A stretch of 64,000 bases of DNA from Novakomyces olei (Eukaryota), in the NCBI GenBank assembly GCA_016906335.1, contig JADEYG010000009.1, positions 1,178,001 to 1,242,000 of the forward strand, given 5' to 3'. Every line of letters starts with the position of its first letter. Positions within the stretch are counted from its first letter, which is position 1. A model generated the notes under the pieces. It worked only from the letters and a program-made list of their open reading frames with translations. It was not told the origin of the DNA and searched no databases. Shown here piece by piece: positions 21,703-33,900 of the stretch. The translations under genes were made by a program, and so were the position numbers.

Positions 21703-21957
21703 ACGCTGCCGATCCGTGCTGTATCGTTCCGGTTGTCCCGCGATGACCATCTGGACATGGGTCAGAAAATCCCCCGTTTGCGAACGATCGCCCGAAAAGT
21801 ACGGCGGAGGAGCAAGCTTAGGCTCCTTGGTGCGCGTGTTGGACACGATTCCATTAGCGGCGCGAAGTCGCTCACTAAGGCTCTGGTTTTCCGTTTCGAG
21901 TCTCTCGAGGCGAGCCGTCGTTTGCTCAAGAAACGATTGTAGCTGCTGATAATCCAT
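21703..21957 (-). CDS. Gypsy D gag, N-terminal part
   Basis: Coiled coil and PPPYFSGDR; joins in frame to 14798 across TSD ACGCT. Confidence 0.88.
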
Positions 21958-22410
21958 CGTAAAAAGCTCGAAGAAAACGTCACAGTCCCCGAATCGTGGA
22001 CGTGTAATACTGTTATGGTTGTAGAAGGCGAAAGCCTAAAGGAGAACCCAATTGCCGGATTTCACGCCGGCTCTGGGACTATGAGAAAATTAAGAGATAG
22101 AACTGGGTTTAAAAGATTGGGTCTCCCCAAAGTTCGATTACACGTAGCGAGGAAAGTAGAAGCAGGACCTCTATTTATATCCTCGCTACGTAGAATATTC
22201 TAGAAACACTAACTACTTAAACGATTAAACAAACTAACAAGTAAAAGCAGTCAGAACAATAATAGTCAATAAATAATAAATAATAAGTAAATATTTAAAT
22301 AAATATTCAATATTAAATAAAGACAACAAACAAATAATAATATAGCGCTTCAATAGCGTCGGTGCTATCGAAGACGCAATAACAATATAGAAATAAATTA
22401 AATCGTAACA

Positions 22411-25057
22411 CTCTGGAGCATGTACCAATTTCCACGCATTGTTTTCCTTCATTGCATTTAATTCAGTCTCCATAGCCTCTTCCCATTCCCGAGCGTGCAA
22501 ACTGTTGCGCGCCTGCTTTGTATTGTTTGGCTCTATAATTTCATTTATTGCCACATGCGCTCTATCATAAATTCCTGGAGCATGACGAATTCTGGTTGAG
22601 CGTCTGATTCCGTCGTTTGAAATGGTTGTTCCTAATTCTTGTGTATCATTCTGCTGCTGTGTTTCGTGATTGTCCTGATTTTCGTCCTCTAGTATATCGT
22701 CATTAACATTAATTGAGTCAGTCGTGTCTTGAAAAAATTGCTCCGAGTCTTCTGACGTGCCATCTGATGAGGTGATACATTCTTCCTCATTTTCATCAGA
22801 ATTAGAAGAATATTCGGGTGTTTGTTCAGTTTGTAAATTTTCTGAGACAAATATATTTCCTCCTCCCATAGTGAAAGGCATTTCTCTTCTCTCTAAATTC
22901 TTTTCTTGTTTGTTTGCGTCATAAAATTCAGATTCATTAAATACCACATCACGCGAAATAACCACTTTTCTCGTCAAAGGGTTCCATAGTCGATAAGCCT
23001 TGGCATTTGTTTGGTAGCCAACAAATACATGTGGTTCACTACGAGTGTCGAGTTTTTTAATTCCTCCTTGTTTTTTCAAGACAAAGGCTTTGCATCCAAA
23101 CACCCTTAAATGGTCTAGTATCGGAGCCTTGTCAAATACCATTTCGTAGGGCGTGTAGTCGTTAATTCTCGTCGGGCTACGATTTTTAATGTATACACAA
23201 GCGTTTACTGCTTCGTCCCACAAGTATTCGGGGACGTTTCTTTCACTCATTGTAGCCCTGACTCTGTTGAGTATTGTTCTGTTTGCCCTTTCTGCAACAC
23301 CATTTTGTTGTGGAGTGTAGGGCGCAGTCAGTTCGTGAATAATTCCCTTTTCTTGCATGTAGGATTTAAGAGCTTGATTAACAAATTCTCCCCCGTTGTC
23401 GCTTCGAATTCTTTTGACAGATATTCCAAACTGAGTTTTAATCAAATTAACCAAATTTTGTATGCAATTGTTAACGTCAAATTTATTGGCGATTGTGAAT
23501 AAAAATGTATATCCGGTTAAATCATCAATCAACGTAACAAAGTAACATTTCCCTGAAGCTGAAACTGGAAATGGTCCACATACATCACTGTGCAGTAATT
23601 CAAACTTTGTTTCTGCTCTTAGGCGTCCTTCTGGAAATGGTTGGCGTGCCATTTTTCCTTTGATACAACTTTCGCATTTAACTTTTATATTTGTCTTGTC
23701 AAGGTCTTGTTGTATTTTTCCTGCTCCAAGGCCTTTAGCGAGTTTTATCATATAATTTTCGTTCAAGTGCATTAAGCGGTCGTGCCATAATTTTTGTTTC
23801 TCAGGAACACTTATCGCAAGAGCTTTGTTTTCTGCAATATAACCAATTTGTTTTGTCCGAAGGGGATAAAGGTTATTTTCTTTCTCAAATGTTTCAAGCA
23901 CTTCTTTATTCTGTGTCTTAAACAGTGTAGCTTTTCCATTATCAAATGTGACAGAAATTAATTCTGTGTCTAATGCGCCAAGTGAAATTAAATTGTACCC
24001 CAGTTGGGGAACCCACAGCACATTTTTCAAAATAAGTTGTTTGTTTTGGGACGTCGTAAGTGAAATATCCCCACTGCCCAGTACTCTCAACTTTTCTTTT
24101 CCGGCAGCTATGACAAAATGATTTTCATGGCTATTGTATTTTTTAAAATTGGTTAAGCCGGTTTTATTATAAGTCATGTGTTGCGACGCACCACAATCGA
24201 GAATCCAATTTTTATTAATGGTGTTTGGTGTAATGGCATTAATAAAGGCATCCTGATAAAATTGTTCACCGAGTTTATTACTATTCATCTGGTTTGTTGT
24301 TTTAGGACAATTATTTTTAAAATGGCCCTTTGCTCCACAGACAAAACAAGTATTATTTTTAAGTCTGCAGCGTTCCTCTGTATGGCCTCTTTTTTTGCAG
24401 TAATGACAAGTAGAGGCGCGGAACGTTGTCAGCGCAGTTTCGGCGCTTTCGCCGTGGCTTTGCGTAGCTTCAACGACAATTTCTTGTATATCCTTCAGAA
24501 GGACTTTTTTTTGCTTGTTCCCAAACACGAATTTCCGAATTCAAAGAGTTGCAATTTCGTATCATGTTGAGATAAATTTGGAGACTTTCCTCTTGACAAA
24601 GGTCGTTTCGCAGCTCTCCCAAGCTGGTGACCAGACTATTAAATTTTGTGTGGAGTCCTGCCACCTCCCCCAAGCTCTGTGCTTTTAGTCCATACAGCTC
24701 GCTACTGACTTGGACTAAAAGGCGGTATTTTCGTTCCTGAAATGCGTTGCTGACATTTGCCAACAGAATTTCCGGATTTGGCGCCTTTTGGCACAGGTCG
24801 TCAAGTACTGGCACGGAGATAGCTTCCTTTAGTGTAAGCAGAAGTATGGCCATCGTTGACTGGTAAGCCACATCCTCGGTCGCAGCTTTTTCTCCCTTGT
24901 AATCGGGCATGACGTGCTGAAGCCCGTACGTGGTCAACACCTTCGACAATTTCTGTTTCCATTGGGGAAACTCGATTAAATTCCCCAATCGCGGAATTGC
25001 GAGGTACGGCAGGTCTGCCTGCCCGTGGAGCTTGAGTGATATCCCGAGTTTGCTCAT
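22411..25057 (-). CDS. Copia C gag-PR-IN (5' half; 1-bp frameshift near 24510)
   Basis: ORFs 24470-25057 and 22234-24528; two CCHC knuckles, WILDCGAS, HSDVCGP, RSDNGGEF; homologous to B. Confidence 0.92.
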
Positions 25058-25487
25058 ATTGACTGAACTCAGACTCTTAATCTGTAGTAATTTAATTTGG
25101 CTTGTTGTAGAGAATAGTGTTGTATCTCCTTTTAGCTACTTTTCTAAGTCTACTGACGCTGTACTATATAGTTTCTTTGGTTCCAGCCACCGAGTTACAC
25201 TTTGGTAGCGCAAGCCTCTTTGTACTCAGTTCCAGCCACTCCAGCCACTCCAGCCACTCCAGCCATTCCTCCTCTTTTCTGTAGCCAGCCTTCCTGTTCT
25301 TTTTCTGTGACGTCCAAGCTTGACATATTCCTATACCAAGAATAGTTTGGGAATGTGCCAAGAGTAGTTTGGGAATGTGCCAAGAGTGCGATAAGAAAAT
25401 TGAGTAGGTTGGCAGCCAATCAGAAAACACTTTACGTGAGTTTATTCCACAATTTAACATCTTTTTTCATTGTTTACATTGTGCAAA

Positions 25488-25726
25488 ATGAGGATTACTC
25501 ACTGCTATAACTTAGTAAATTAAAATAGATAGAAAAAACTATATCCTGAACTATGGGAAACCGTGGTTTTTTACAAACTCTTGTATTGGATTAATAATCC
25601 ATTGTCCGAAAGTCCGCTATGGCGTGATTAATTATTAATCAAATGCCGAGGTTTAGACCAGTTCGTACAAGTTTAGATTAATCTTCAATATGTTTTTAAT
25701 TATTTTTACTATCTACACTCCTAACA
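25488..25726. mobile_element. Solo LTR of family F (other copies at ~40250-40508, 50539-50811, 52135-52423)
   Basis: Repeated sequence ending CTCCTAACA. Confidence 0.75.
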
Positions 25727-25941
25727 GTGATCGCACTTTGTTGACTTCACTTACCCCAGAAAACGCTCTATCGGGCTCGGAAGCTTATAAAAAATTACTG
25801 AATAATAATCGAGCAAAACCACATGTACGGAAACGAGTTCTGGGCTGCTCGTCAAACCTGGCCTTTGCAGCCTCAAACCTGACTTTTTCAGCCTGAACCT
25901 CTTTGGCCTTTTCAGCCTAAAACCTGGAGTAGGACTAGGCT

Positions 25942-26651
25942 TGTTACGGTGCGCTGTATGAGACGCTAGCTAGCGCTGAAGATGGCGCTTTTACATTCTT
26001 TAATTTGTTTTTTTTAACTTTAATTTTGTGTTACGACTTGTTAGACAGCAGAATTGGACTCACTGTTGTAACTTTTTGTTATTAAAATCTACCCTTAAAC
26101 TATGGAAAACCTTGTTCTTTTATAGACTTCAAGGCTCAGCTCTTATCTATGTATTTGCCAAGAGATAGCATCAAGACTTTCCTATCAATTAGTAATCACT
26201 TTATCATTGATAGGATACAGAGTATCCGATCAGTGGCGTAATTTTAATGATTAGTAATTAAATATTCCTCCAAATTGGTTAGATTCCGTATTTGGAGTGA
26301 ATTAATTTAATTTAATTATGTCATCTTTAATTTTAATTTTAGTATCTACACTATGGCCTAACACGACTTCTATTTTAATTAGTTTCTATTTTTGACTATC
26401 GGCTTCTATTTTTAAATAGCAACTTAGTTTAGTTTGATTAGTTTCTCGGGTTAAGCCCCACGGAGCGTCATAAGAATGGGACACTCCCCTCTTATGTTCG
26501 CTAGGTGTAATCAAATCTTGGTGTGCAATATTTGTGTATTCAATTTCTAGGTTCCCTAATTTCCACGTATTCTCAACAGAGCCAGCGTGAGATCTGGCAT
26601 CATTACCTTATTGCACCTTTACGACCTATTGGAAGTAAAGCCCCTATAACA
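25942..26651. mobile_element. Solo LTR of family N containing a nested solo LTR (26039-26363)
   Basis: Outer flanks AGGCT/AGGCC; inner TSD CGACT; homologous to 27556-27947. Confidence 0.8.
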
Positions 26652-26880
26652 AGGCCCGACTGAGCAATCCAGCCACTGCTTGGTTGTTTATCTACAGCCA
26701 CGCGACAGTCTCGCCTAAAGTCTAAAAGAGTTTTCGCTTACGCAACTCGCATTTCACGTAAATCTTATTGGACCATACTCGCTTTTCAAAGTGGCATTTA
26801 GTTGCTGCTAAACTTACAAACTTTTGGGGTAGGGTAAGGGCGTAAGGCGGTTATTATTATTATTATTCATTTTTTTATTT

Positions 26881-27330
26881 TTATTGAAATTGATTCAGTT
26901 GATAAAGGTAATTATTAAATTTAATCCCCTTCAATTGCTTTGTCAGGCCGTCAGTCTTCATTTGTCTGGTGTCACACCAGTGTATTATTATAATTCCTTG
27001 TTCCACGCTTTCTTTTATTTTGTAGAACTTTACTTCGTAATGCTTTGTACCACGAGCAACGCCTGTGTTTTTGGTGAGTTTCACACATGCACTGTTGTCA
27101 CAATAAATGTGCATTGACATAGGTAAATACTCGAATTCTTAAAACTTGTTTTAGTGCCGCAAATAGAGCCATGTATTCAGCATCCATGGTGCTGATGGCT
27201 ACCAAACATTGCTGCTTCGATGACCAAGCTATAGGTGAACTTTCTTCTCCTATCCCTATGGTGGACCCAGTACAGGATTTTAGAGTAGCAAGGTCCATAG
27301 CAAAATCAAAATCACTAAAAATATGTAATT
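26881..27330 (-). pseudogene. Degenerate Copia RNase H remnant
   Basis: FSDFDFA, WSSKQQ..VAIST..AEY, YCDNSA, MKTDGLTK with frameshifts. Confidence 0.85.
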
Positions 27331-27364
27331 ACAATGGCTCACGAATAAACTTCAATCCCCTTTC

Positions 27365-28267
27365 TTATGTTTCCAGGACATATGAAATAATAAACTGCAG
27401 ACCACGAATGCTAATTTGAGTCGGGACTGAACTGAACTTGCTTATCAATCTCATAGAAGCCTCCTTTGCCCTAGCAGCCTCTTTTGCCCTGGCGACCTCC
27501 TTCGCCAGGGCAGCCTTTGCAATACCTATGGCCTTTGCAGCCTCTTCGACCTTTGTGTTACGGTGCGCTATATGAGGCGCTAGCTAGCGCTGAAGATAGC
27601 GCTTTTACATCCTTTAATTTGTCTTGTTTCACTTTATTTTGTGTTACGACTTCTATTTTTAATTAGTTCTATTTATAACTCTTAGCTTCTATTTTTAGAT
27701 AGCAACTTAGTTAGTTTAATTAGTTTAGCTTGATTAGTTTCTCGGGTTAAGCCCCACGGAGCGTCATAAGAATGGGACACTCCCCTCTTATGTTCGCTAC
27801 GTGTAATCAAACCTTGGTGTGCAATATTTTGGTTTTCTATTACTAGGTTCCCTACTTTCCACGTATCCTCAACAGAGCCAGCGTGAGATCTGGCATATTT
27901 ACCTTATTGCACCTTTACGACTTTTTGGAAGTAAAGCCCCCATAACACTTTGCAACCTCGATTTTCGCCTTTGCAATTTCAGCCTCTAATAGGCTAAACT
28001 CGGCGATCGATTTTCGCTCGGCGAAACGATCAAGCTCTTGGACTTCCTTGTATACCCGCAATGCAGTCGTATCAAAAGACTTGCCAACGTAAATTAAAAT
28101 CAAAATCAAAAGCAAGAAGACAAAAGCCTTTAATTGGCAACCGTAGCAAAACATCTTTTTTCGTAGAAAGCTTTTTACAGAATCAGCGCGGATCTTTACA
28201 CCTGTGTTTGGTTTCCTGTGGGAGCGCTTTAGGGGAGAGGGCAACGCCTTTTCATCATGAAGCTTTT
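27365..28267 (-). pseudogene. Interrupted ORF: basic region, one TM helix and an Ala/Lys/Glu coiled coil; function unknown
   Basis: Removing the 27556-27947 LTR joins ...AKAKIEVAK to VEEAAKAIGIAKAALAKEVARAKEAARAKEA... in frame. Confidence 0.5.
27556..27947. mobile_element. Solo LTR of family N
   Basis: TG...CA ends, TSD CTTTG. Confidence 0.9.
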
Positions 28268-29209
28268 TGTCATGGTTCGTACCTGACATGGTGCAAGTAT
28301 AATAGTGCAACTTGCACAGAACTTGTACCGAGTAAAGCAATTTAGCTTACTTGTTGAGGCTAAGCCTCAACAAATATTACTACGAGCAGTTAAAAGTTTA
28401 CGCCTGAATCTACCTAAGCAAGCGTGCTGGGTAGCAACATAACACTTGCGGCCTCCTTCATTGCGGCCTCCTTCCTTGCGGCCTCGTCGTGCTCTTGGTT
28501 CCAATTAAGCTTTGCTTTTTTTATCAGAAGTGCATAAAGGGGAGCTGCCTTGTTGCTGAACATTTCGATGAACTGTCGATAAAAATTTAATGAAATCTAA
28601 AAAAGACTTGACCTGTCTTACTGTCATTGGTCAGTAAATCTGTCCGGAGACAGCCGACGGCCTCGCATTGTTTACCCTGAGACATTTGAAAACCTTTTGA
28701 AACAGGCAAAAACCGATCCAAAGGTTGCTGTCTCGGCTGGCTCTATCCGCCAAAGAAATACACCTAAGGATAAGGATAAAACTTTTGTGTCTGGACCTAC
28801 CGACCAAAGTGCCCACTCAGAGGAAAATAAGTCGAATTATCAATTGAATAAGCGAAAGAAGAGAAACGCTCACCAATCGCAGGCATTCAAAGAGCGCAAA
28901 CTGAGCGGTCGAATTCTAGGCAGCCTGAATCAATACCTGCTATTAAAGCAAAAGGCTCAATAAATATCCACGGCCAGCGCCGAGACTTGGTCCCAATCTA
29001 GCTCCTACAGCTTCTCCAGGTTTTCATGATATTATTTCTGTCACGACTCCTTGCTTGCCTCTATTAGAGGAAAAAGTTTTTCGAATGCAAGCACACTGGA
29101 CAAGCAAAACAGCGGCCAATCTACGTTACGAAAAAACATGTTAGATGTGTAGATAGTAAAAATAATTAAAAACATATTGAATTACTTAGAGTAATCTAAA
29201 CTTGTACGG

Positions 29210-29629
29210 CGTAATAAATCCTTTAGGGTTAGTTAGGGTTAGGAACATAGATATAGTTTAGGGCTATGGTTAGGGTTTACTTAACCAAGGATCCTACCTG
29301 GGATCTCTGCCTAGGATCCCTTCCTAGGATCCCCTTTTCATTACTTACCTTTTCCCCTCTTTATTTCTTCTCTACACTTCCGCGCGTTTATTTATTTTGC
29401 GCTATTTATTTGTTTACTTCTTTCCGTTCCCGGCGCAGCCCCTTTTAAGCGTGCTGCGCCTTCCGCCTCCGTCCGTAGCTTATAAATAGCACCGTGGTGA
29501 GCCCAGCTTTCCACGAATTAATCTAATTTATCTAATTCTATTGAGTTTTCTAAATTGTCTTTTTAGTTTCTTTCCCTTCAGACGCCTACGTTTTGCTCCG
29601 CTTTTCTTTCTTCATTCCCCCTCCTCACA
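29210..29629 (+). mobile_element. Solo LTR of family H (TTAGGG-rich) inserted in an F-family LTR
   Basis: TSD TACGG; homologous to 39462-39904 and 49404-49857. Confidence 0.88.
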
Positions 29630-30458
29630 TACGGATTGGTCTTGAAGTCTATAAAAAACAGAATTTTCCATAGTTTAAGAGTAGGTTTTAATAATCAAAA
29701 GAATATAACATTAAGTTAATTTCACAGTTTCACAAAATCTAACGTAATTGGAAGCTGGTCGGAACTTAGCCATTTAGTATAAAACGACATAAAGCAATTA
29801 ATCAAGTAATTGTTGAAAGTGGTGATGTTCTCGAGGTTTTCAAGCATTGATGAGGCTAAATCGGCCGTTGTTTGAAAGACATAATCGTAATGAATATATT
29901 AGGGTTAGATACATAATTATTTTTTAGGGTTATAATTAGGGCTTACCCAATCTAGGATTCCCTTTTTATTACTTCTCATTTTTCTTTGTTTTATTCCTTG
30001 CATCTTAACGCGTTTATTTATTTCGCGCTATTTATTTGTTTACTTCCCTCTATTTCGGCGCAGCCTCTTCCCAACCTGCTGCGCCTTCCCCCTTCGTCTG
30101 TAGCATATTAATAGCGTCGTGGTGAGCCCAGTTTCCTACGGCTTATTTTATTTTAATTTATCCCAATTTTATTCGTTCAATTTGTTTTATTTTATTTTAT
30201 TGATTAATTTAGTTTTCTAATTAATCGACATTCCTTTTTACATTTTTAGACGCCTACGTTTTGCTCTGTAGTTGTTTAATTAGTAAGCAATTTATGATTG
30301 TTAATATTGTTGATTAAATTGTCGGTCAGCTACTCTATTTATATACGTTTCCCCCAATGTGGCTTAGATGTATTCATCAAATGGCTTTAAAATGTGTAAA
30401 GAATACAAAATTTAATTTAATTTAATTGTGATTTTAATTTTATCATCTACACTATGGC

Positions 30459-30806
30459 CTAACAGGAGCCTTTAAGGTCCTCATGGACTCGGGCGAAGCT
30501 ACTAAGGAAGACCTGGCAAGGGTCATTGGAGATGGCAACTTCCGGGCGAGCCCACTTAGGCGACGTGACGGCACTAAGACTTACCGATTGACGAGCAAGC
30601 ACTCGATCGTGCTCGCGTCGGAGGCGCTGAAATTGTTTGGCCATTATCTCGAAATTGAAAGGAGAGCCACCGAAGCAGTGGACCTTCCGATTCGAGCAGT
30701 TGTTGCATTTCGGCAACCCACGGGAGCCCTGTGACGGTACCGCCCTAAGGCATTCACGGCCATACTGAGCGCAAGTCCCACAGGATTGAGCGGCAGAAGA
30801 AGACAT
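30459..30806 (-). CDS. Truncated Zn2Cys6-like small protein in TE debris
   Basis: CGTC-x6-C-x14-CNNC-x6-C followed by a helical segment; runs into an LTR end. Confidence 0.55.
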   Translation of the reverse strand: MSSSAAQSCGTCAQYGRECLRAVPSQGSRGLPKCNNCSNRKVHCFGGSPFNFEIMAKQFQRLRREHDRVLARQSVSLSAVTSPKWARPEVAISNDPCQVFLSSFARVHEDLKGSC

Positions 30807-30999
30807 GGTGATTTCTAAAGGAGGAAGGCCCGAAGTTAAAGGGTCCTCATATTACTTCCCCAGGGCCATATAACTGCAAACGATTCAAGAGGCGATAGAG
30901 TTCTCCCTTCCACAATAGATAGTTAAATCAACCCTTTGACGTAGAAGATTTTAATAATTGATTGCTCTCTCGAGCTAATGACTTTCGTTTTGTTTTTAG

Positions 31000-33900
31000 C
31001 GCGGATTTCAACTTGTTCCATTTTCAGACTCTTTATCTGTAATTGCTTCTTTGGTAAGCAATTTATAATTAATAATATTGTAAATTAAATTGTCGGTCAG
31101 CTATTCTCAGCTATTTTCTCTATATACGTTTCTCCGACTGCGGCTTAGATGTATTCATCAGGGTGGCTTGGGAATGTCTCAAGAACAGAAAAGAAATCAG
31201 AAAAGTTGGCAGCCAATCAGAAAACACACTACAACAAATAATAGTAACGAAACTTTAACCGATGTTATGTTGCTACTTAGCACTTTTGCTCAGGTAGATG
31301 TAAACGTAGAACTCTTGACTGCTCGTAGTAATAAATGCTTTTATTACTATAAGCTTTTGCCAGTCGTACGCGGCTGGTTACAGCAGGGGACTCCAGATGG
31401 AAGTTATCTCTTCCAGCAAAGTTGATTAACCGCAAAGTCATAAAGGAGAAAAGATTCTTTATATTCTTTACGTACTACGTACTCACTAATCTCTCTAACT
31501 CTAAAATAACTTAAAAACTATCTCGAACAGGAACTAAGAGGCTAAGCCTCAACAAGTAAGCTAAACTACTTTACTCGGTGTAAGTTCTGTGCAAGTTGCA
31601 GTGTACTTGCACCATGTCAGGTGCGAGCCATGACATTACACTTTGATAGCGCAAGCCTCTTGTACTCAGTTCTTGTCATTTCAGCCACTCCAGCCATTTT
31701 GGCTGTTCTAGCTATTCCAGCCTTTCATCCTCTTTTCTGTAGCCAGCCATCTTGTTCTCTTTTTGTGACGTCAAAACTTGACATATTCCTATAGTCTGAA
31801 GCATCTAGATGTTCAATACATTTTTTTGCGAAATTCTGCTAAAAATGGAACGGTAATCATTGAATACATACCGACGAAGAACCAGCTTGCTGAAATTTTA
31901 ACAAAACCTTGATTTAAAAAGATGTTAACGCATTTACAGCAAAAGCTGATCAAAGTAGCTTCAAGAGTTAAAAATTACAAGCTTGGGAGGGTATTTAGGA
32001 AAGTGGGTCAAGCTTGTAGTGTGGAAAATTACCAATAATATAATCGAAACTTTAACCGAGGCATAAAAAGTAGATTAAAATCTTAATGATAAATTTGTCT
32101 AGATAGAACAATATAAGTTAAGGAGATCTGAACATGTTGAATCTTGTAAATTTGTTTCGAACGAGTTAAATGGAATAAATGTTGTATTCAATTTTCGTTG
32201 ATTATAGTGATTCTAGCTAAGTCTGTTTATAGTCTGCCGGTTTGCCATCGCATTTCTCACGGTAAAATTTATCCCACTTCTCACGGTAAAATTTATCCCA
32301 CTTCTCACGGTAAATTATATTTCTATAATTAGTAATTAGCCGCTGCACAAGCTTGATTTACTTTCCTATAACACAGCATTTATCTTCACAAACACGTTCA
32401 ACAAAATTCTACTAGTTCAATGCCTCATTCATTGCGTTTCCCCATTCGGCCGCAGCTATGCTCAATCATTTCTCAGGTCTGAGTCGCTCAGACATTTCCG
32501 GTACATTGTTTTGTGCAATGCAAATTATGCACGCCGCCATATATGTAGGAATATGCCAAGCTTGGACGTCACAAAAAGAGACAAGATGGTTGGCTACCAA
32601 GAGAAGAGGAGGAAAGGCTGGAAAGGCTGGAATTACAGGAACTGAGTACAAGAGGCTTGCGCTATCAAAGTGTAATTTGGTTGCTAGAATTAAAGATACT
32701 ATATAGTACAGCGTTCGTAGACGTAGAAAAGTAGCAAAAAGATATAACATTTTTTCTCTAAAACAGGCCAATAAAAGGCTTTTACAATTTATAATTGTCA
32801 ATATTGTTAATTATGTTAGACTAATTTATTTATAGATGTTTTGTAGTTGTGAGCAATTTATGAGTCTTAATATTGTTAATTAAATTACTGGTCAGCTACT
32901 CTATTCATATATGTTTTCCCCACTGTGGCTTAGATGTATCCATCAGAGAGGCTTGGGAGTGTGCCAAGAGTAGCTTGGAAATATGTCAAGAACGGAAAAT
33001 AAAATTGAGAAGGTTGACAGCCAATCAGAAAACACACTATAACGATTAAAAGTTACTACATTAGCCATTTGTTCTGTTGTCTTTTTGTGACGTTTCCGTA
33101 GGATGATACCTTTTTTTAACCGCTCATTTGTAATTTTAATTTACAAAATTCAATTGTTATTTCAATGCGCAAGAAAATTACAGATAACTAACTATGTTTA
33201 AATTCTACCCATTTCTGCATACATCAATTAATTTGTTCTTTATAAAACAATTTGATGACGAAACATAGTTTAACTATTGTAGCAATATTAAAGGACAAAG
33301 TAGTTGTGCACGATGTTGTTGCTAGTTGCTTTTTTTTCTATTACTCTTTTGATGATTCCCGGTTTGATTGTTTTGCTACTCGTTGCCGTTATTGCGTGGC
33401 TGCAGGCGTTCACACTGAATTGTATGTCCTTTTTTGAATTAATTACAGCTTAAAATATTAATTTTTATAAGTTATTTGAAATAAAAAATATTTTGAAGGG
33501 CTGACAAAATAAACAAATTAAATTATTTGTTTTCATATTTAGAAACCTTAACTAATTTACTATAAATGTCTAATATTTTATTCACAAAATTGTGGATATG
33601 TGGAATTATACAAAAGTCTTTGTTTTAAATGGTATTAAAATTCGACCCATTTTCGTCTTACTTGCATATAAAAAACGCAAATTATTCATTTATTTTTGGC
33701 GAGGAAGAAAGATAAATTTTGGTTGAGTATTGCATTCTATGTTCGAGCATAATATAGCATAGTAACGCATAGTGTTTCAATGCGCTTATGCTTTTTGAAT
33801 AATTTATATCACTCACATTGTAAAAGTCCGAACTGGTCAGCGGTGTATAAAATCAAAGGGAATTACTTTTGTACTCCTTGTATCTATAGGAATATATCAA

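Larger units (their letters stand above)
9180..22410 (-). mobile_element. Ty3/Gypsy chromovirus D (400-bp LTRs) carrying an extra zinc finger-JmjC gene; gag interrupted by E
   Basis: Apparently identical LTRs at 9180-9579 and 22011-22410; TSD CTCTG; PPT 9580-9594; gag at 21957-21703 plus 14798-14137. Confidence 0.97.
7361..25335 (-). mobile_element. Ty1/Copia element C inserted in the 5' LTR of A; hosts Gypsy D, which in turn hosts E
   Basis: LTRs at 7361-7746 and 25083-25335; TSD CCAAG; PPT 7747-7757; PBS 25072-25082. Confidence 0.95.
1..25434 (-). mobile_element. Ty1/Copia element A, the oldest layer of the nest; 3' part runs off the window; interrupted by B, a G1 solo LTR and C
   Basis: Removing the insertions at TSDs GTCGG, CAACG and CCAAG rebuilds gag-pol from the ATG at 7219 (MEQVENPAE...NRWHLSKVV...SSDQLPLTFDSMSRDY...). 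5' LTR is 7235-7360 plus ~25341-25434. PBS is at 7221-7234. Confidence 0.85.

Noticed and set aside
28268-28340. Apparent start (MSGTNHD) of ORF 27915-28340
   Set aside because: Derived from an LTR fragment (28268-28444, homologous to 31263-31635), so the listed ORF is chimeric at both ends.
32135-32373. B-like LTRs that seem to have canonical TGT ends (also 38571)
   Set aside because: At 38571 the TGT belongs to the target gag and TSD; the TA start fits the TSDs better.
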